Shown here: one piece after another, positions 9,914-17,850 of the stretch
Numbering within the stretch: position 1 is the first letter of the stretch
Layout of the letters: every line of letters begins with the position of its first letter
NCBI GenBank assembly: GCA_008932965.1
Contig: WBXG01000014.1
Coordinates: forward strand, 188-32,187
Length of the DNA: 32,000 nucleotides
DNA from: Verrucomicrobiota bacterium
GTDB taxonomy: Bacteria > Verrucomicrobiota > Verrucomicrobiia > Chthoniobacterales > UBA6821
Direction of reading: 5' to 3'
Position numbers and translations under genes: made by a program
The notes under the pieces: model-generated
What the model was told of the DNA's origin: nothing
Databases searched by the model: none
What the model saw: the letters and a program-made list of their open reading frames with translations, nothing else

Positions 9914-9955
9914 AGAAAAAAATAATACTCGAAACAAACGCAATGCATTTTCGAG
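9914..9955 (-). terminator. Hairpin plus U-tract: candidate intrinsic terminator of the his operon, or a 5' leader structure of rplI
   Basis: The minus strand reads ACTCGAAA-ATGCATTGCGTTTG-TTTCGAGT (8-bp stem) followed by ATTATTTTTTT. It lies only ~13 nt upstream of the rplI ATG, so its role is ambiguous. Confidence 0.35.
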
Positions 9956-10035
9956 TGAGGATTCAAACTTAGCGAAGGGAAAAGCTAATCGATGAGGGGG
10001 TCGTCTGTCAATATTGCATTATGAAATAGGCGGGC
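9940..10035 (+). repeat. Left-truncated MITE remnant
   Basis: The right end ATTGCATTATGAAATAGGCGGGC is followed by TA (10036-10037). Internal GCATTTTCGAGTGAGG resembles GCATTTTGATGCAGGG of copy 16351-16528. The left boundary is approximate. Confidence 0.5.
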
Positions 10036-10041
10036 TAGTAC

Positions 10042-10824
10042 TTATTGAATTTTCTTGAGGTGTCGTTTCTTCAAACATTCTATGACATCAAAAAAATCAC
10101 TATTGCACGCTTGCAAAAGCACAAGCATGTGAAAGAGCAGATCTGCTGTTTCATTAATGAGCTCGTGAGGTTTTTTACCTACGGCCGCAATAACGGTTTC
10201 TACTGCTTCTTCTCCCACTTTTTGAGCACAACGCTCTCTCCCCTCATTCAACAATTGAGTTGTATACCGAATCGGATCCGCCCCAGCCGTAGCACGCTCG
10301 GCAATGGTGGTGATTAAGGTTTTTATAAATCCAAGATCCGTAGAGACCGGAGGCTGAAAGCAACTGGAATATCCCAAATGACAGGCGGGTCCTTTTGGCA
10401 AGACGAGCACAAGCAAAACATCATGATCACAATCCGTTCGAATAGATTGCACCTCCATACTATTGCCTGAGGTATCACCTTTGCGCCAAAGGGATTGTTT
10501 GCTACGACTCAAGAAGGTGACTTTTCGTGTGCTTACAGTTTGAACATACGCTTCTTGATTCATGTATCCTAACATTAAGACATCTCCTGTTTGTGCATGC
10601 TGAACAATTGCTGGAAGCAATCCTTTCATTTTTTCCCAATCTAATAGACTACTTTCACATTCTAGTGCAGCTGTGGTGAACTCAGAGGAACCAGCATGTC
10701 TCTCTTCGAGCACCTCTTGTTCACTATGGGAATAAGCTTCTAAATTTCCCTCTTTTATATCAGCGGTAGCAACGTTGAAACTAGGTTCTCGTTGATCGAC
10801 TATTGGCTTAGATATAATTTTCAT
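10042..10824 (-). CDS. hisI: Bifunctional phosphoribosyl-AMP cyclohydrolase / phosphoribosyl-ATP pyrophosphatase (HisIE) with a ~55-aa N-terminal extension
   Basis: LDWEKMKGLLPAIVQHAQTGDVLMLGYMNQEAY ... KVTFLSRSKQSLWRKGDTSGN ... DCDHDVLLVL ... GPACH ... CAQKVGEEAVETVIAA ... ETADLLFHMLVLL is colinear with E. coli HisI as I recall it. Last gene of the operon. Confidence 0.93.
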   Translation of the reverse strand: MKIISKPIVDQREPSFNVATADIKEGNLEAYSHSEQEVLEERHAGSSEFTTAALECESSLLDWEKMKGLLPAIVQHAQTGDVLMLGYMNQEAYVQTVSTRKVTFLSRSKQSLWRKGDTSGNSMEVQSIRTDCDHDVLLVLVLPKGPACHLGYSSCFQPPVSTDLGFIKTLITTIAERATAGADPIRYTTQLLNEGRERCAQKVGEEAVETVIAAVGKKPHELINETADLLFHMLVLLQACNSDFFDVIECLKKRHLKKIQ

Positions 10825-10830
10825 ATTTTT

Positions 10831-11601
10831 TTAGGAAGTTCTTACCTCAATATTATTTTCAACAAGAGTTTGTTTTACGTTACTGATACTGAGAATACGA
10901 TCATGAAAAATAGTAGCTGCCAAAGCTCCATCAGCTCCTGTTTTTTGAAAGACATCGACAAAATCACTGCATTTCCCTGCCCCACCAGAAGCAATAAGAG
11001 GAACTGTTGTGATGGCTCGCATATATTTTAATTGCTCTAGATCATAACCATGAAGCACCCCATCTGACTGCATACAATTGAGCACAATTTCTCCTGCTCC
11101 ACGCTCTTGCACCTCAACCACCCAATCTTTTGTCTTACGCCTTGAGTTTTGAGAGGTGGCCTCATTTCCTGTGTATTGAAAAACGTAGAAATCATCCTCT
11201 ATCCATCGACTGTCGATGCCCACCACCACACACTGAGCACCAAAAGCTGCACTAAGTTGATTAATGAGACTAGGGTTTTCTAATGCTGGGCTATTGAGCG
11301 ATATTTTATCAGCACCCGCATTTAAAAGGGCTCGTGCCTTTTCAAGAGAGCGAATACCACCTGCTACGGTAAATGGAATGTTGATAGCAGCAGCTACCTG
11401 ATTCATCCAAGTAACGCTTACAGAACGCTGATCACTGCTTGCAGTAATATCATAAAAAACTAATTCATCTGCTCCTTCGTTAGCATAAAACTCAGCAAGC
11501 GAGAGAATATCTCCCACAATGCGGTGATTACGAAACTGAACGCCTTTGACCACTTTTTGATCTAGGACATCAAGGCAAGGAATAATTCGTTTTGTAAGCA
11601 T
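10831..11601 (-). CDS. hisF: Imidazole glycerol phosphate synthase, cyclase subunit
   Basis: [12 protein letters not shown] ... VVKGVQF ... [13 protein letters not shown] ... [10 protein letters not shown] ... GADKISLNS ... ASGGAG: canonical HisF (beta/alpha)8 motifs, 256 aa. Confidence 0.95.
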   Translation of the reverse strand: MLTKRIIPCLDVLDQKVVKGVQFRNHRIVGDILSLAEFYANEGADELVFYDITASSDQRSVSVTWMNQVAAAINIPFTVAGGIRSLEKARALLNAGADKISLNSPALENPSLINQLSAAFGAQCVVVGIDSRWIEDDFYVFQYTGNEATSQNSRRKTKDWVVEVQERGAGEIVLNCMQSDGVLHGYDLEQLKYMRAITTVPLIASGGAGKCSDFVDVFQKTGADGALAATIFHDRILSISNVKQTLVENNIEVRTS

Positions 11602-12341
11602 TATCTTCTTGATTGCTTTTCACTCTCAATAGCAGCTTTCAAATTGAAATGAGGATCATAGAGGACACGACCCAAAATGGCAGCGGCAACACCAACACGG
11701 GATAATTTTTTGAGATCCTCACGATCCCGTACACCTGCAGATGCCTGCCACTGTATGGTTGGAAAGCGACTTAACGCCTCCTCATACAAGGCTATATTAG
11801 GGCCTGAGAGCATCCCATCCCGAGTAACATCAGTGCATAGAATAGTATCAATACCCCAATCTTGATAAAAAGAAACACGCTCCCACAAGGAATGTTTTGT
11901 TGCTGTTTGCCACCCATGAATGACTATGTTAGGGAGTGTCTCTTCTATCCTCACATCTAAAGCCAAGATGACGCGCTGGGGCTTGGCTTCTTGAATAATT
12001 GTTATTGTTTCTTTGGGGTTACTAATGGCAATACTTCCAAGAACGATCCTCTCAATACCAGCATCAAGACAAGCTAAAGCGGTTTTAAAGTCACGGATAC
12101 CTCCACCAACTTGAAGAGAGAGGCCCTCTGCTGTTAATCCTTTGATAAGCTCTAGCTGCTGCATGCTACCTTTCTTAGCTCCATCTAAATCGACAAGATG
12201 AAGATGGGTTGCACCAGCCTGTGTATAGTTCGCAGCAAGAGTCATAGGATCCTTTTCATAAATAGAAACACGGTCAAACTGACCTTGTTCTAATCGAACA
12301 CAGCGGCCATTCTGAAGATCAATTGCGGGAATAATAATCAT
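11601..12341 (-). CDS. hisA: 1-(5-phosphoribosyl)-5-[(5-phosphoribosylamino)methylideneamino]imidazole-4-carboxamide isomerase
   Basis: [20 protein letters not shown] ... LHLVDLDGA ... LQVGGGIR ... [16 protein letters not shown]. 246 aa. The stop overlaps the hisF start (TAATG). Confidence 0.93.
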   Translation of the reverse strand: MIIIPAIDLQNGRCVRLEQGQFDRVSIYEKDPMTLAANYTQAGATHLHLVDLDGAKKGSMQQLELIKGLTAEGLSLQVGGGIRDFKTALACLDAGIERIVLGSIAISNPKETITIIQEAKPQRVILALDVRIEETLPNIVIHGWQTATKHSLWERVSFYQDWGIDTILCTDVTRDGMLSGPNIALYEEALSRFPTIQWQASAGVRDREDLKKLSRVGVAAAILGRVLYDPHFNLKAAIESEKQSRR

Positions 12342-12934
12342 GAGCGTGTTAACCTTAAAAAATTATTCAATAAGGTCATTCCCACCAGTGCTGATTTTTC
12401 AGGGTGAAATTGCACTCCGTAAATATGATCTTTTTGGACAACAGCAGTGAATTCTGTGCTGAAGTGACAGCGAGCAATGGTATTTTCGTGGGATAAAATT
12501 GCATAACTATGCACAAAATAGAAGTGGTCATCATCCTTCAATCCTTGACTTAAAGGAGATTCCTCAAGCCACGTCATATTATTCCATCCCATGTGAGGAA
12601 TGGAGAACCCTGGTACTGAAGGCAAGCGTTTAACCTGTCCTGAGAGCAAGCCTAGCCCTTTTTCATTCCCTTCTTCACTACTTTCAAAGAGGAGTTGCAT
12701 TCCCACACAGATGCCTAATAAAGGTTGTCTTAGTCCACCAATAAGATCGATGAGATGATGTTTTTGTAAAGCTTGCATAGCAGCACCTACGGTTCCAACA
12801 CCTGGTAAAATTACATGACTGGCTCGCTCAATAGTTTTAGGATCATGGGTTAGGCAGGATTCAAATCCCAAGCGGTCTATCGCATTGGCAATAGAAGTGA
12901 GATTGTTCCCCGTAATATCAATAACAGCGATCAT
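12338..12934 (-). CDS. hisH: Imidazole glycerol phosphate synthase, glutamine amidotransferase subunit
   Basis: Class-I GATase: [12 protein letters not shown], nucleophile elbow [24 protein letters not shown]. 198 aa, with 4-nt overlaps to both hisB and hisA. Confidence 0.93.
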   Translation of the reverse strand: MIAVIDITGNNLTSIANAIDRLGFESCLTHDPKTIERASHVILPGVGTVGAAMQALQKHHLIDLIGGLRQPLLGICVGMQLLFESSEEGNEKGLGLLSGQVKRLPSVPGFSIPHMGWNNMTWLEESPLSQGLKDDDHFYFVHSYAILSHENTIARCHFSTEFTAVVQKDHIYGVQFHPEKSALVGMTLLNNFLRLTRS

Positions 12935-13989
12935 AAAACCCCTTTCGTAGAGGGAAGTACTGTTCCCTGTACCATAGTAGCTTGACGCAGGGCACGCCCT
13001 AACGCTTTAAAACAAGCCTCAATCATATGATGATTATTTGTTCCTTTTACTTGCACATGAATGGTGGCTCCTAAACTTGTTGCCAACGAATGAAAAAAAT
13101 GGGGAATCATTTCCGTTGCGAGCCCCCCTACAAAATCACGTGTAAAATGCCCCTCAAAATGAGAGGAGCCGCGCCCTCCAATATCGATAGTCACGGTTGC
13201 CAATGCCTCATCCATGGGTAGGGTGAATCCGTAACGTTGAATACCAACTTTGTTACCTAAAGCCTTTTTTAAAGCCTCTCCCAGTGTGATAGCGGTATCC
13301 TCGATAAGATGATGTTCGTCAACCTCAACATCACCCTGTGCCTGTAGTTCCAGATAAAATCCAGCATGCTTGGCGATCTGTTCGAGCATATGAGTAAAAA
13401 ATCCAACAGGAGTCTTAATACTACTTGGTTTTTCTGAATCTAAAAAAAGCGTTATGGTGATCTCGGTTTCATTGGTTTTACGCTTGATCGAAGCAGAACG
13501 ATTGAGATGAAGAATAACTGAAGCAACTTCCTTCCAATCTTGAGTGCTTGAAATGAGCAAGAATGGAATGTTCAGATTTTGAGCTAAAAGCCGATCTGTT
13601 TCACGATCACCGATTACAAAAGAATGAGCATGATCTAATGGGTTATTTTTTAAAAATGTTTCTAGCAAGCCCACTTTTGGTTTACGGCAAGGACAATTTT
13701 CTTTTGGCAAGTGAGGACAAATAAAAATCTCCTTAAAGATAATCCCCTGCGATGCAAAAAGAGCTAAGAGAAAATCATGGCATTCTTGAAAGGCAGATTG
13801 AGGAAAACTAGAGGTCCCTAAACCATCTTGATTACTTACCATAATAAGCTCAAATCCCCCTTCTAATAAGGATCTCAGAGCTGGAATAACATAAGGAGAA
13901 AGTCGGATTTTAGAAAGAGCATCGACCTGATAGTCGCTGGGTTCTTCAATCAATGTCCCATCACGATCAATAAAAAGTATTTTTTTCAT
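12931..13989 (-). CDS. hisB: Bifunctional histidinol-phosphatase / imidazoleglycerol-phosphate dehydratase (fused HisB)
   Basis: The N-terminal HAD phosphatase has FIDRDGTLI and CxC zinc motifs ([14 protein letters not shown]). The C-terminal IGPD has two HH motifs ([23 protein letters not shown]). 352 aa, as in enterobacterial HisB. Confidence 0.93.
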   Translation of the reverse strand: MKKILFIDRDGTLIEEPSDYQVDALSKIRLSPYVIPALRSLLEGGFELIMVSNQDGLGTSSFPQSAFQECHDFLLALFASQGIIFKEIFICPHLPKENCPCRKPKVGLLETFLKNNPLDHAHSFVIGDRETDRLLAQNLNIPFLLISSTQDWKEVASVILHLNRSASIKRKTNETEITITLFLDSEKPSSIKTPVGFFTHMLEQIAKHAGFYLELQAQGDVEVDEHHLIEDTAITLGEALKKALGNKVGIQRYGFTLPMDEALATVTIDIGGRGSSHFEGHFTRDFVGGLATEMIPHFFHSLATSLGATIHVQVKGTNNHHMIEACFKALGRALRQATMVQGTVLPSTKGVL

Positions 13990-14000
13990 GCAGTAGATTT

Positions 14001-15227
14001 TTAAAAATCAGGTTGAAACGAACGAAGAGCTAAAAGCAGAGCCTCATTTTGAAGGCGATCACCTACTGTGATTCTCAACTTATCGTCCAGGAGCGGATTC
14101 CCGTTATAATGACGCACTAGAATGTTGTTCTTCTCCAACCAGCTACTCACGCTGTGCGCCTGTTTTGTTTTGAGAAAAATAAAATTAGCCTCACTGGGGT
14201 AAACTTTTTCGACCCAGGAAAAAGTTCTTAAAGAAACCTGTAGTTCTTCACGAAACATCACAATATTTTCAACTGCTGTTTTAATCCAAGATGCATTTTT
14301 TAAAACGCGAAGGGCCCTTTCTATAACGAGACTAGAAAATGTAAAAGGAGGAGTAATACTCCTGAGGGCTTGTATTAAAGGAGCAGGACCTATCACACTG
14401 CCCAGTCGCAAGCCTGCTAAACCATAAGCCTTGGAGAGTGTTCTTAATACAAGCAGATTATCAAATGAGTTGATGAGTGATGTTGCACTTACCGTCTCAG
14501 TAGAGTTTGAATATCGGTTCTGAGCAAATTCCACATAAGCTTCATCCACAACAATGATAGCGCGCCTCTCATATTTTTGACACAAACTAGCAATCGTTTC
14601 TAAATCGATAAGATTACCCGTAGGATTATTGGGACTACAAAGCATGATGAGCTTACAATGCGGTTGCCAGAGCTGATCTAGGAGCTCGAGGTCTAGACTG
14701 AAATCCGTATCTTTGAGAGGACAGCAAATAACATTTGCCTGCTGCATCCGTGCATAAAAAGCGTACATCAAGAAAGCCGGAGGAAATTGCATGATACTAT
14801 CGATGCCCGGTTGCAAAAAAAGACGCATGATAAAATCGATTCCCTCATCAGCACCTCGTGTCAGCAGGAGATTTTCAGGGTTTACGTAATAGATCTCGGC
14901 AAGCGCCTGTTCTAATTGTGACTGAGGTTCTAAGTCAGGGTAGCAGTTTAAAAACCTATTCTCACAGTCTACTGACGTAGCGAAGGGCTTTGTTGCTTCA
15001 GTGCTCGCTCCATCGAGTACATTAAGCGTATTCTGTCGCTGTGCGCTCGATATTCCTTGCCCTTGATCAGCCACAGTAACCTTGAAAACAGGTTCTAGAA
15101 AAACAGAAAACTCCTCGGTGGGTATCCATGGTGATTCATTAAGGTGCAAACGAGTTTTCCCATGAGTAGGGGTAGTAATGTAGGTTGTCATGCCCACTAA
15201 CTCAGGCCGTACTAAGTCAATACTCAT
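14001..15227 (-). CDS. hisC: Histidinol-phosphate aminotransferase, carrying a ~46-aa extra N-terminal segment
   Basis: [57 protein letters not shown] (PLP lysine), LRITVG. 408 aa against about 356 for E. coli HisC (recalled). Confidence 0.88.
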   Translation of the reverse strand: MSIDLVRPELVGMTTYITTPTHGKTRLHLNESPWIPTEEFSVFLEPVFKVTVADQGQGISSAQRQNTLNVLDGASTEATKPFATSVDCENRFLNCYPDLEPQSQLEQALAEIYYVNPENLLLTRGADEGIDFIMRLFLQPGIDSIMQFPPAFLMYAFYARMQQANVICCPLKDTDFSLDLELLDQLWQPHCKLIMLCSPNNPTGNLIDLETIASLCQKYERRAIIVVDEAYVEFAQNRYSNSTETVSATSLINSFDNLLVLRTLSKAYGLAGLRLGSVIGPAPLIQALRSITPPFTFSSLVIERALRVLKNASWIKTAVENIVMFREELQVSLRTFSWVEKVYPSEANFIFLKTKQAHSVSSWLEKNNILVRHYNGNPLLDDKLRITVGDRLQNEALLLALRSFQPDF

Positions 15228-16705
15228 TATATTTTCTCCATGACTTGCAAGCGTTGCGAAATTGCATTGGCGTGTGCATCGAGACCTTCGAGCATAGCAA
15301 GGGTGCAGGCTGATTTCCCTAACGTCCTTAATCCTTCCTCAGAGATAGATTGAACACACATCGATTTCATAAAATCCCCAGTTGATAAGCCGCTACGCTG
15401 ACGTGCAAATCCATATGTGGGTAGGATATGATTGCTGCCGGTAACGTAATCACCCAATGTTTCTGCAGCCCATGAGCCTAAGAAAATAGTTCCTGCAGCA
15501 GTAATGTGATCTACCCAACTTGCAGCATCCACACATTGAATCATGAGATGCTCTGGTCCATAACGATTCACAATTTCAATCATTACGGATCGATCTTGGC
15601 AAATGAGGATAGCGCTATGTTGTAACGATTTTTTGATGAATTCTTGTCTCGTGAGATGTTGATATTGGTCGACTAAGGCCTGATGAACCGCTTCTGCAAA
15701 GAGAGGGTCTTCGCACAGTAGAAAAACTTGAGAATCGGCCCCATGCTCCGCCTGAGCTAGTAGATCAGCAGCCACAAAAAGAGGATTTGCTGAGGCATCT
15801 GCTAGGATCATCACTTCGGAGGGACCTGCAGGCATGTCGATAGCTGCACCCTCAGGATCACTAGAAACCTGAACCTTTGCTTCGGTAACATAGGCATTAC
15901 CGGGACCAAAAATCTTATCTACTTTTGGGATGCTTTTTGTTCCATAAGCCATGGCAGCAATTGCTTGAGCCCCTCCAATTTTATAAACTTGTTTGATATC
16001 ACACAAACGAGCAACTACTAGGAGTACTGGATCAATTACTCCTTCTGCATTAGGTGGTGTGCACATGACACGCATAGGACACCCTGCAACCTTTGCTGGG
16101 AGTGCCTGCATGAGCAACGAAGAGACTAAAGGAGTCTTATTACCACCCGGAACATAGAAGCCTACTCGGCTAATAGGTCGATAAATCCGCTCTAGAAGGA
16201 CTCCTGGAGCAGTTGAAATATGCTTATTCTCAGGCAGTGTTTCTTGATGGAAGTGGGTGATGTTTTTCACTGCTGTCATCACGGCTTCCATGGCCTGCGG
16301 AGAAATAGTAGCTGCAGCAATCTCCTTGGGAGAGACTTGCAGGCTCGCTAGCCCGGATATTTCATACTGATCGTGACGAGGAGGCCGCGGAGGCTGATGG
16401 GGTAAGGCAGGCGAGCATTTTGATGCAGGGCTGTATGTGTCCCTACTGCTCAAATCAAAATGTGAGTCTAACGCAGCATCCATCTGACTTCCCGGCTTCC
16501 GTAGTAGATCAGTATGAAATATGCGGGCTAGGTCGATACCATCGAGCTCACGTGTCCATCGTAAGAGAGCTACGTCTCCCTCTTGTTGGACCGAGTGAAT
16601 AATCTCAGTGACACGTTTTTTAGCATCATGGTGCTGGGGAGGCCTTACTAAAAGCTCTTCTCTTCTGGAAGCAGAGAGGATCTGCCAGTTTTCAATACGC
16701 AACAT
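15227..16705 (-). CDS. hisD: Histidinol dehydrogenase, interrupted in-frame by a 60-codon MITE insertion
   Basis: FYVPGGNKTPLVSSLLM, IGGAQAIAAMAYGT, VDKIFGPGNAYVTEAK, IDMPAGPSEV, LLAQAEHG, GPEHL, GDYVTGSNHILPT. 492 aa, or 432 without the insert at 16351-16530. The stop overlaps the hisC start. Confidence 0.9.
   Translation of the reverse strand: MLRIENWQILSASRREELLVRPPQHHDAKKRVTEIIHSVQQEGDVALLRWTRELDGIDLARIFHTDLLRKPGSQMDAALDSHFDLSSRDTYSPASKCSPALPHQPPRPPRHDQYEISGLASLQVSPKEIAAATISPQAMEAVMTAVKNITHFHQETLPENKHISTAPGVLLERIYRPISRVGFYVPGGNKTPLVSSLLMQALPAKVAGCPMRVMCTPPNAEGVIDPVLLVVARLCDIKQVYKIGGAQAIAAMAYGTKSIPKVDKIFGPGNAYVTEAKVQVSSDPEGAAIDMPAGPSEVMILADASANPLFVAADLLAQAEHGADSQVFLLCEDPLFAEAVHQALVDQYQHLTRQEFIKKSLQHSAILICQDRSVMIEIVNRYGPEHLMIQCVDAASWVDHITAAGTIFLGSWAAETLGDYVTGSNHILPTYGFARQRSGLSTGDFMKSMCVQSISEEGLRTLGKSACTLAMLEGLDAHANAISQRLQVMEKI
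16351..16528 (+). mobile_element. 178-bp MITE copy inside the hisD coding sequence (best-preserved copy)
   Basis: The TIRs GCCCGGATATTTCATACTGATC and GATCAGTATGAAATATGCGGGC match 21/22 as inverted repeats. TA on both flanks (16349-16350, 16529-16530). Confidence 0.9.
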
Positions 16706-16732
16706 CTCGTGAAAGGTAAAAATTAGACTTCA

Positions 16733-17614
16733 TCACTCTAATATTTTTTCAATGGGCAAAATTAAAATAGAACTAGCCCCTAAGGATTGAATCGTTTCTA
16801 ACGTTTTCCAAAAAACTCCTTCTGTAGAGACGACGTGAACTACCACTTTATCAGGATCTCCTGGAAGTGGAAGAACGGTTGGTGATTCAACACCAGGGAG
16901 CTGTTCGCAAATTTCCTTCAAGGCGCTTTTAGGAGCGTGAAAGGCAATATATTTACGCTTTGCAGCATGCTGCACAGCACTAATACGACGTGCCAGCATG
17001 TCGAATAAATCGTGTTGTTCAGGTGTGATAGCATGCTCTCCTCGAATCAGGCTTGCTTGACTCTCCAAAACTGTTTCCACAGGAATGAGTTTATTTTCTT
17101 CTAGGGTTTGACCACTAGAAACCAAATCGCAGATAGCATCTGCCATCCCCATACGTGGAGCCACCTCCACAGAGCCTGAAAGAATCAGCGTTGGAGCAGA
17201 AACATGTTGTTTTTTTAAATACTCCGTTAAAAGCAGAGGATAACTTGTGGCAATGCGTTTTCCTTCTAAGCTGCTTGGACCCTTATAATTCATCCCTTCT
17301 GGTACAGCAATCACCAAGCGACAATGAGCATTATCTAGCGTTAAAATACTTTGATATTTTTTATCAGGAAAGCGGAGTGATGCCTCCAGCAACACGTTAG
17401 TGCCAATAATCCCCCCATCACACAAACCATCAAAAACTAACGTAGGAATGTCATCATCACGCACAAAGAGAAGATCAATTGGGAAATTATTCACATGCGT
17501 TAGCAAGGCACTTTCTTTGACATGAAACTGAAGTCCACAACGCTCTAGAAGAGCTATTGAATCTTGAGCAAGGCGTCCTTTTTTTTGAAGAGCCAAGCGA
17601 AGTCGAGAGGGCAT
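16733..17614 (-). CDS. hisG: ATP phosphoribosyltransferase, long form
   Basis: 293 aa. LRLALQKKGRL, DLLFVRDDDIPTLV, catalytic region RIATSYPLLL ... DAICDLVSSGQTLEEN, plus the C-terminal regulatory domain typical of long-form (HisZ-independent) HisG. First gene of the operon. Confidence 0.9.
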   Translation of the reverse strand: MPSRLRLALQKKGRLAQDSIALLERCGLQFHVKESALLTHVNNFPIDLLFVRDDDIPTLVFDGLCDGGIIGTNVLLEASLRFPDKKYQSILTLDNAHCRLVIAVPEGMNYKGPSSLEGKRIATSYPLLLTEYLKKQHVSAPTLILSGSVEVAPRMGMADAICDLVSSGQTLEENKLIPVETVLESQASLIRGEHAITPEQHDLFDMLARRISAVQHAAKRKYIAFHAPKSALKEICEQLPGVESPTVLPLPGDPDKVVVHVVSTEGVFWKTLETIQSLGASSILILPIEKILE

Positions 17615-17692
17615 AAAATAGAAATTAGAATTTTTACTAGCGATAGAAGAGTTGATTCTTAAAGGAGAGTGATAGCTTGAGTCAATAGACTA

Positions 17693-17835
17693 ACCATACT
17701 ATTTCATACTGATTGTGACGAGTAGGTCGCGAAGGCTGTATGAGTCCCTACTTCCCGAGGAAGACTTCGAGCTTGGGCGCAACATCCACCCTTGCTTCCC
17801 GGCTTCTGCAGGTAATTGGTATGAAATATGCGAGC
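17693..17835 (+). mobile_element. 143-bp MITE copy between the uvrA stop and the hisG start
   Basis: The left end ACCATACTATTTCATACTGATTGTGACGAG has 4 mismatches in the outer TIR. The right end is GGTATGAAATATGCGAGC. TA on both flanks (17691-17692, 17836-17837). Confidence 0.85.
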
Positions 17836-17850
17836 TAGCAGGTGTGATTA

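Noticed and set aside
10045-11865. Plus-strand ORFs inside the his operon (10045-10317, 10792-11031, 11677-11865).
   Set aside because: They are antisense shadows of the well-supported hisIE, hisF and hisA genes, and their translations have no recognisable features.
16351-16530. Whether the hisD insert is an intein, or hisD is a disrupted pseudogene.
   Set aside because: 60 aa is far too short for an intein, and the splicing-block residues are absent. The reading frame is uninterrupted and all catalytic motifs are intact, so calling it a pseudogene is not justified from sequence.
16420-16602. 60-aa plus-strand ORF overlapping the hisD insertion.
   Set aside because: It runs through the MITE copy antisense to an intact hisD frame. 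The element family has few stop codons in several frames, which creates spurious ORFs.
17615-17850. A histidine leader peptide or attenuator upstream of hisG, as in enterobacteria.
   Set aside because: No run of His codons (plus-strand GTG/ATG runs) and no terminator/antiterminator pair is visible. Most of the spacer is MITE sequence.
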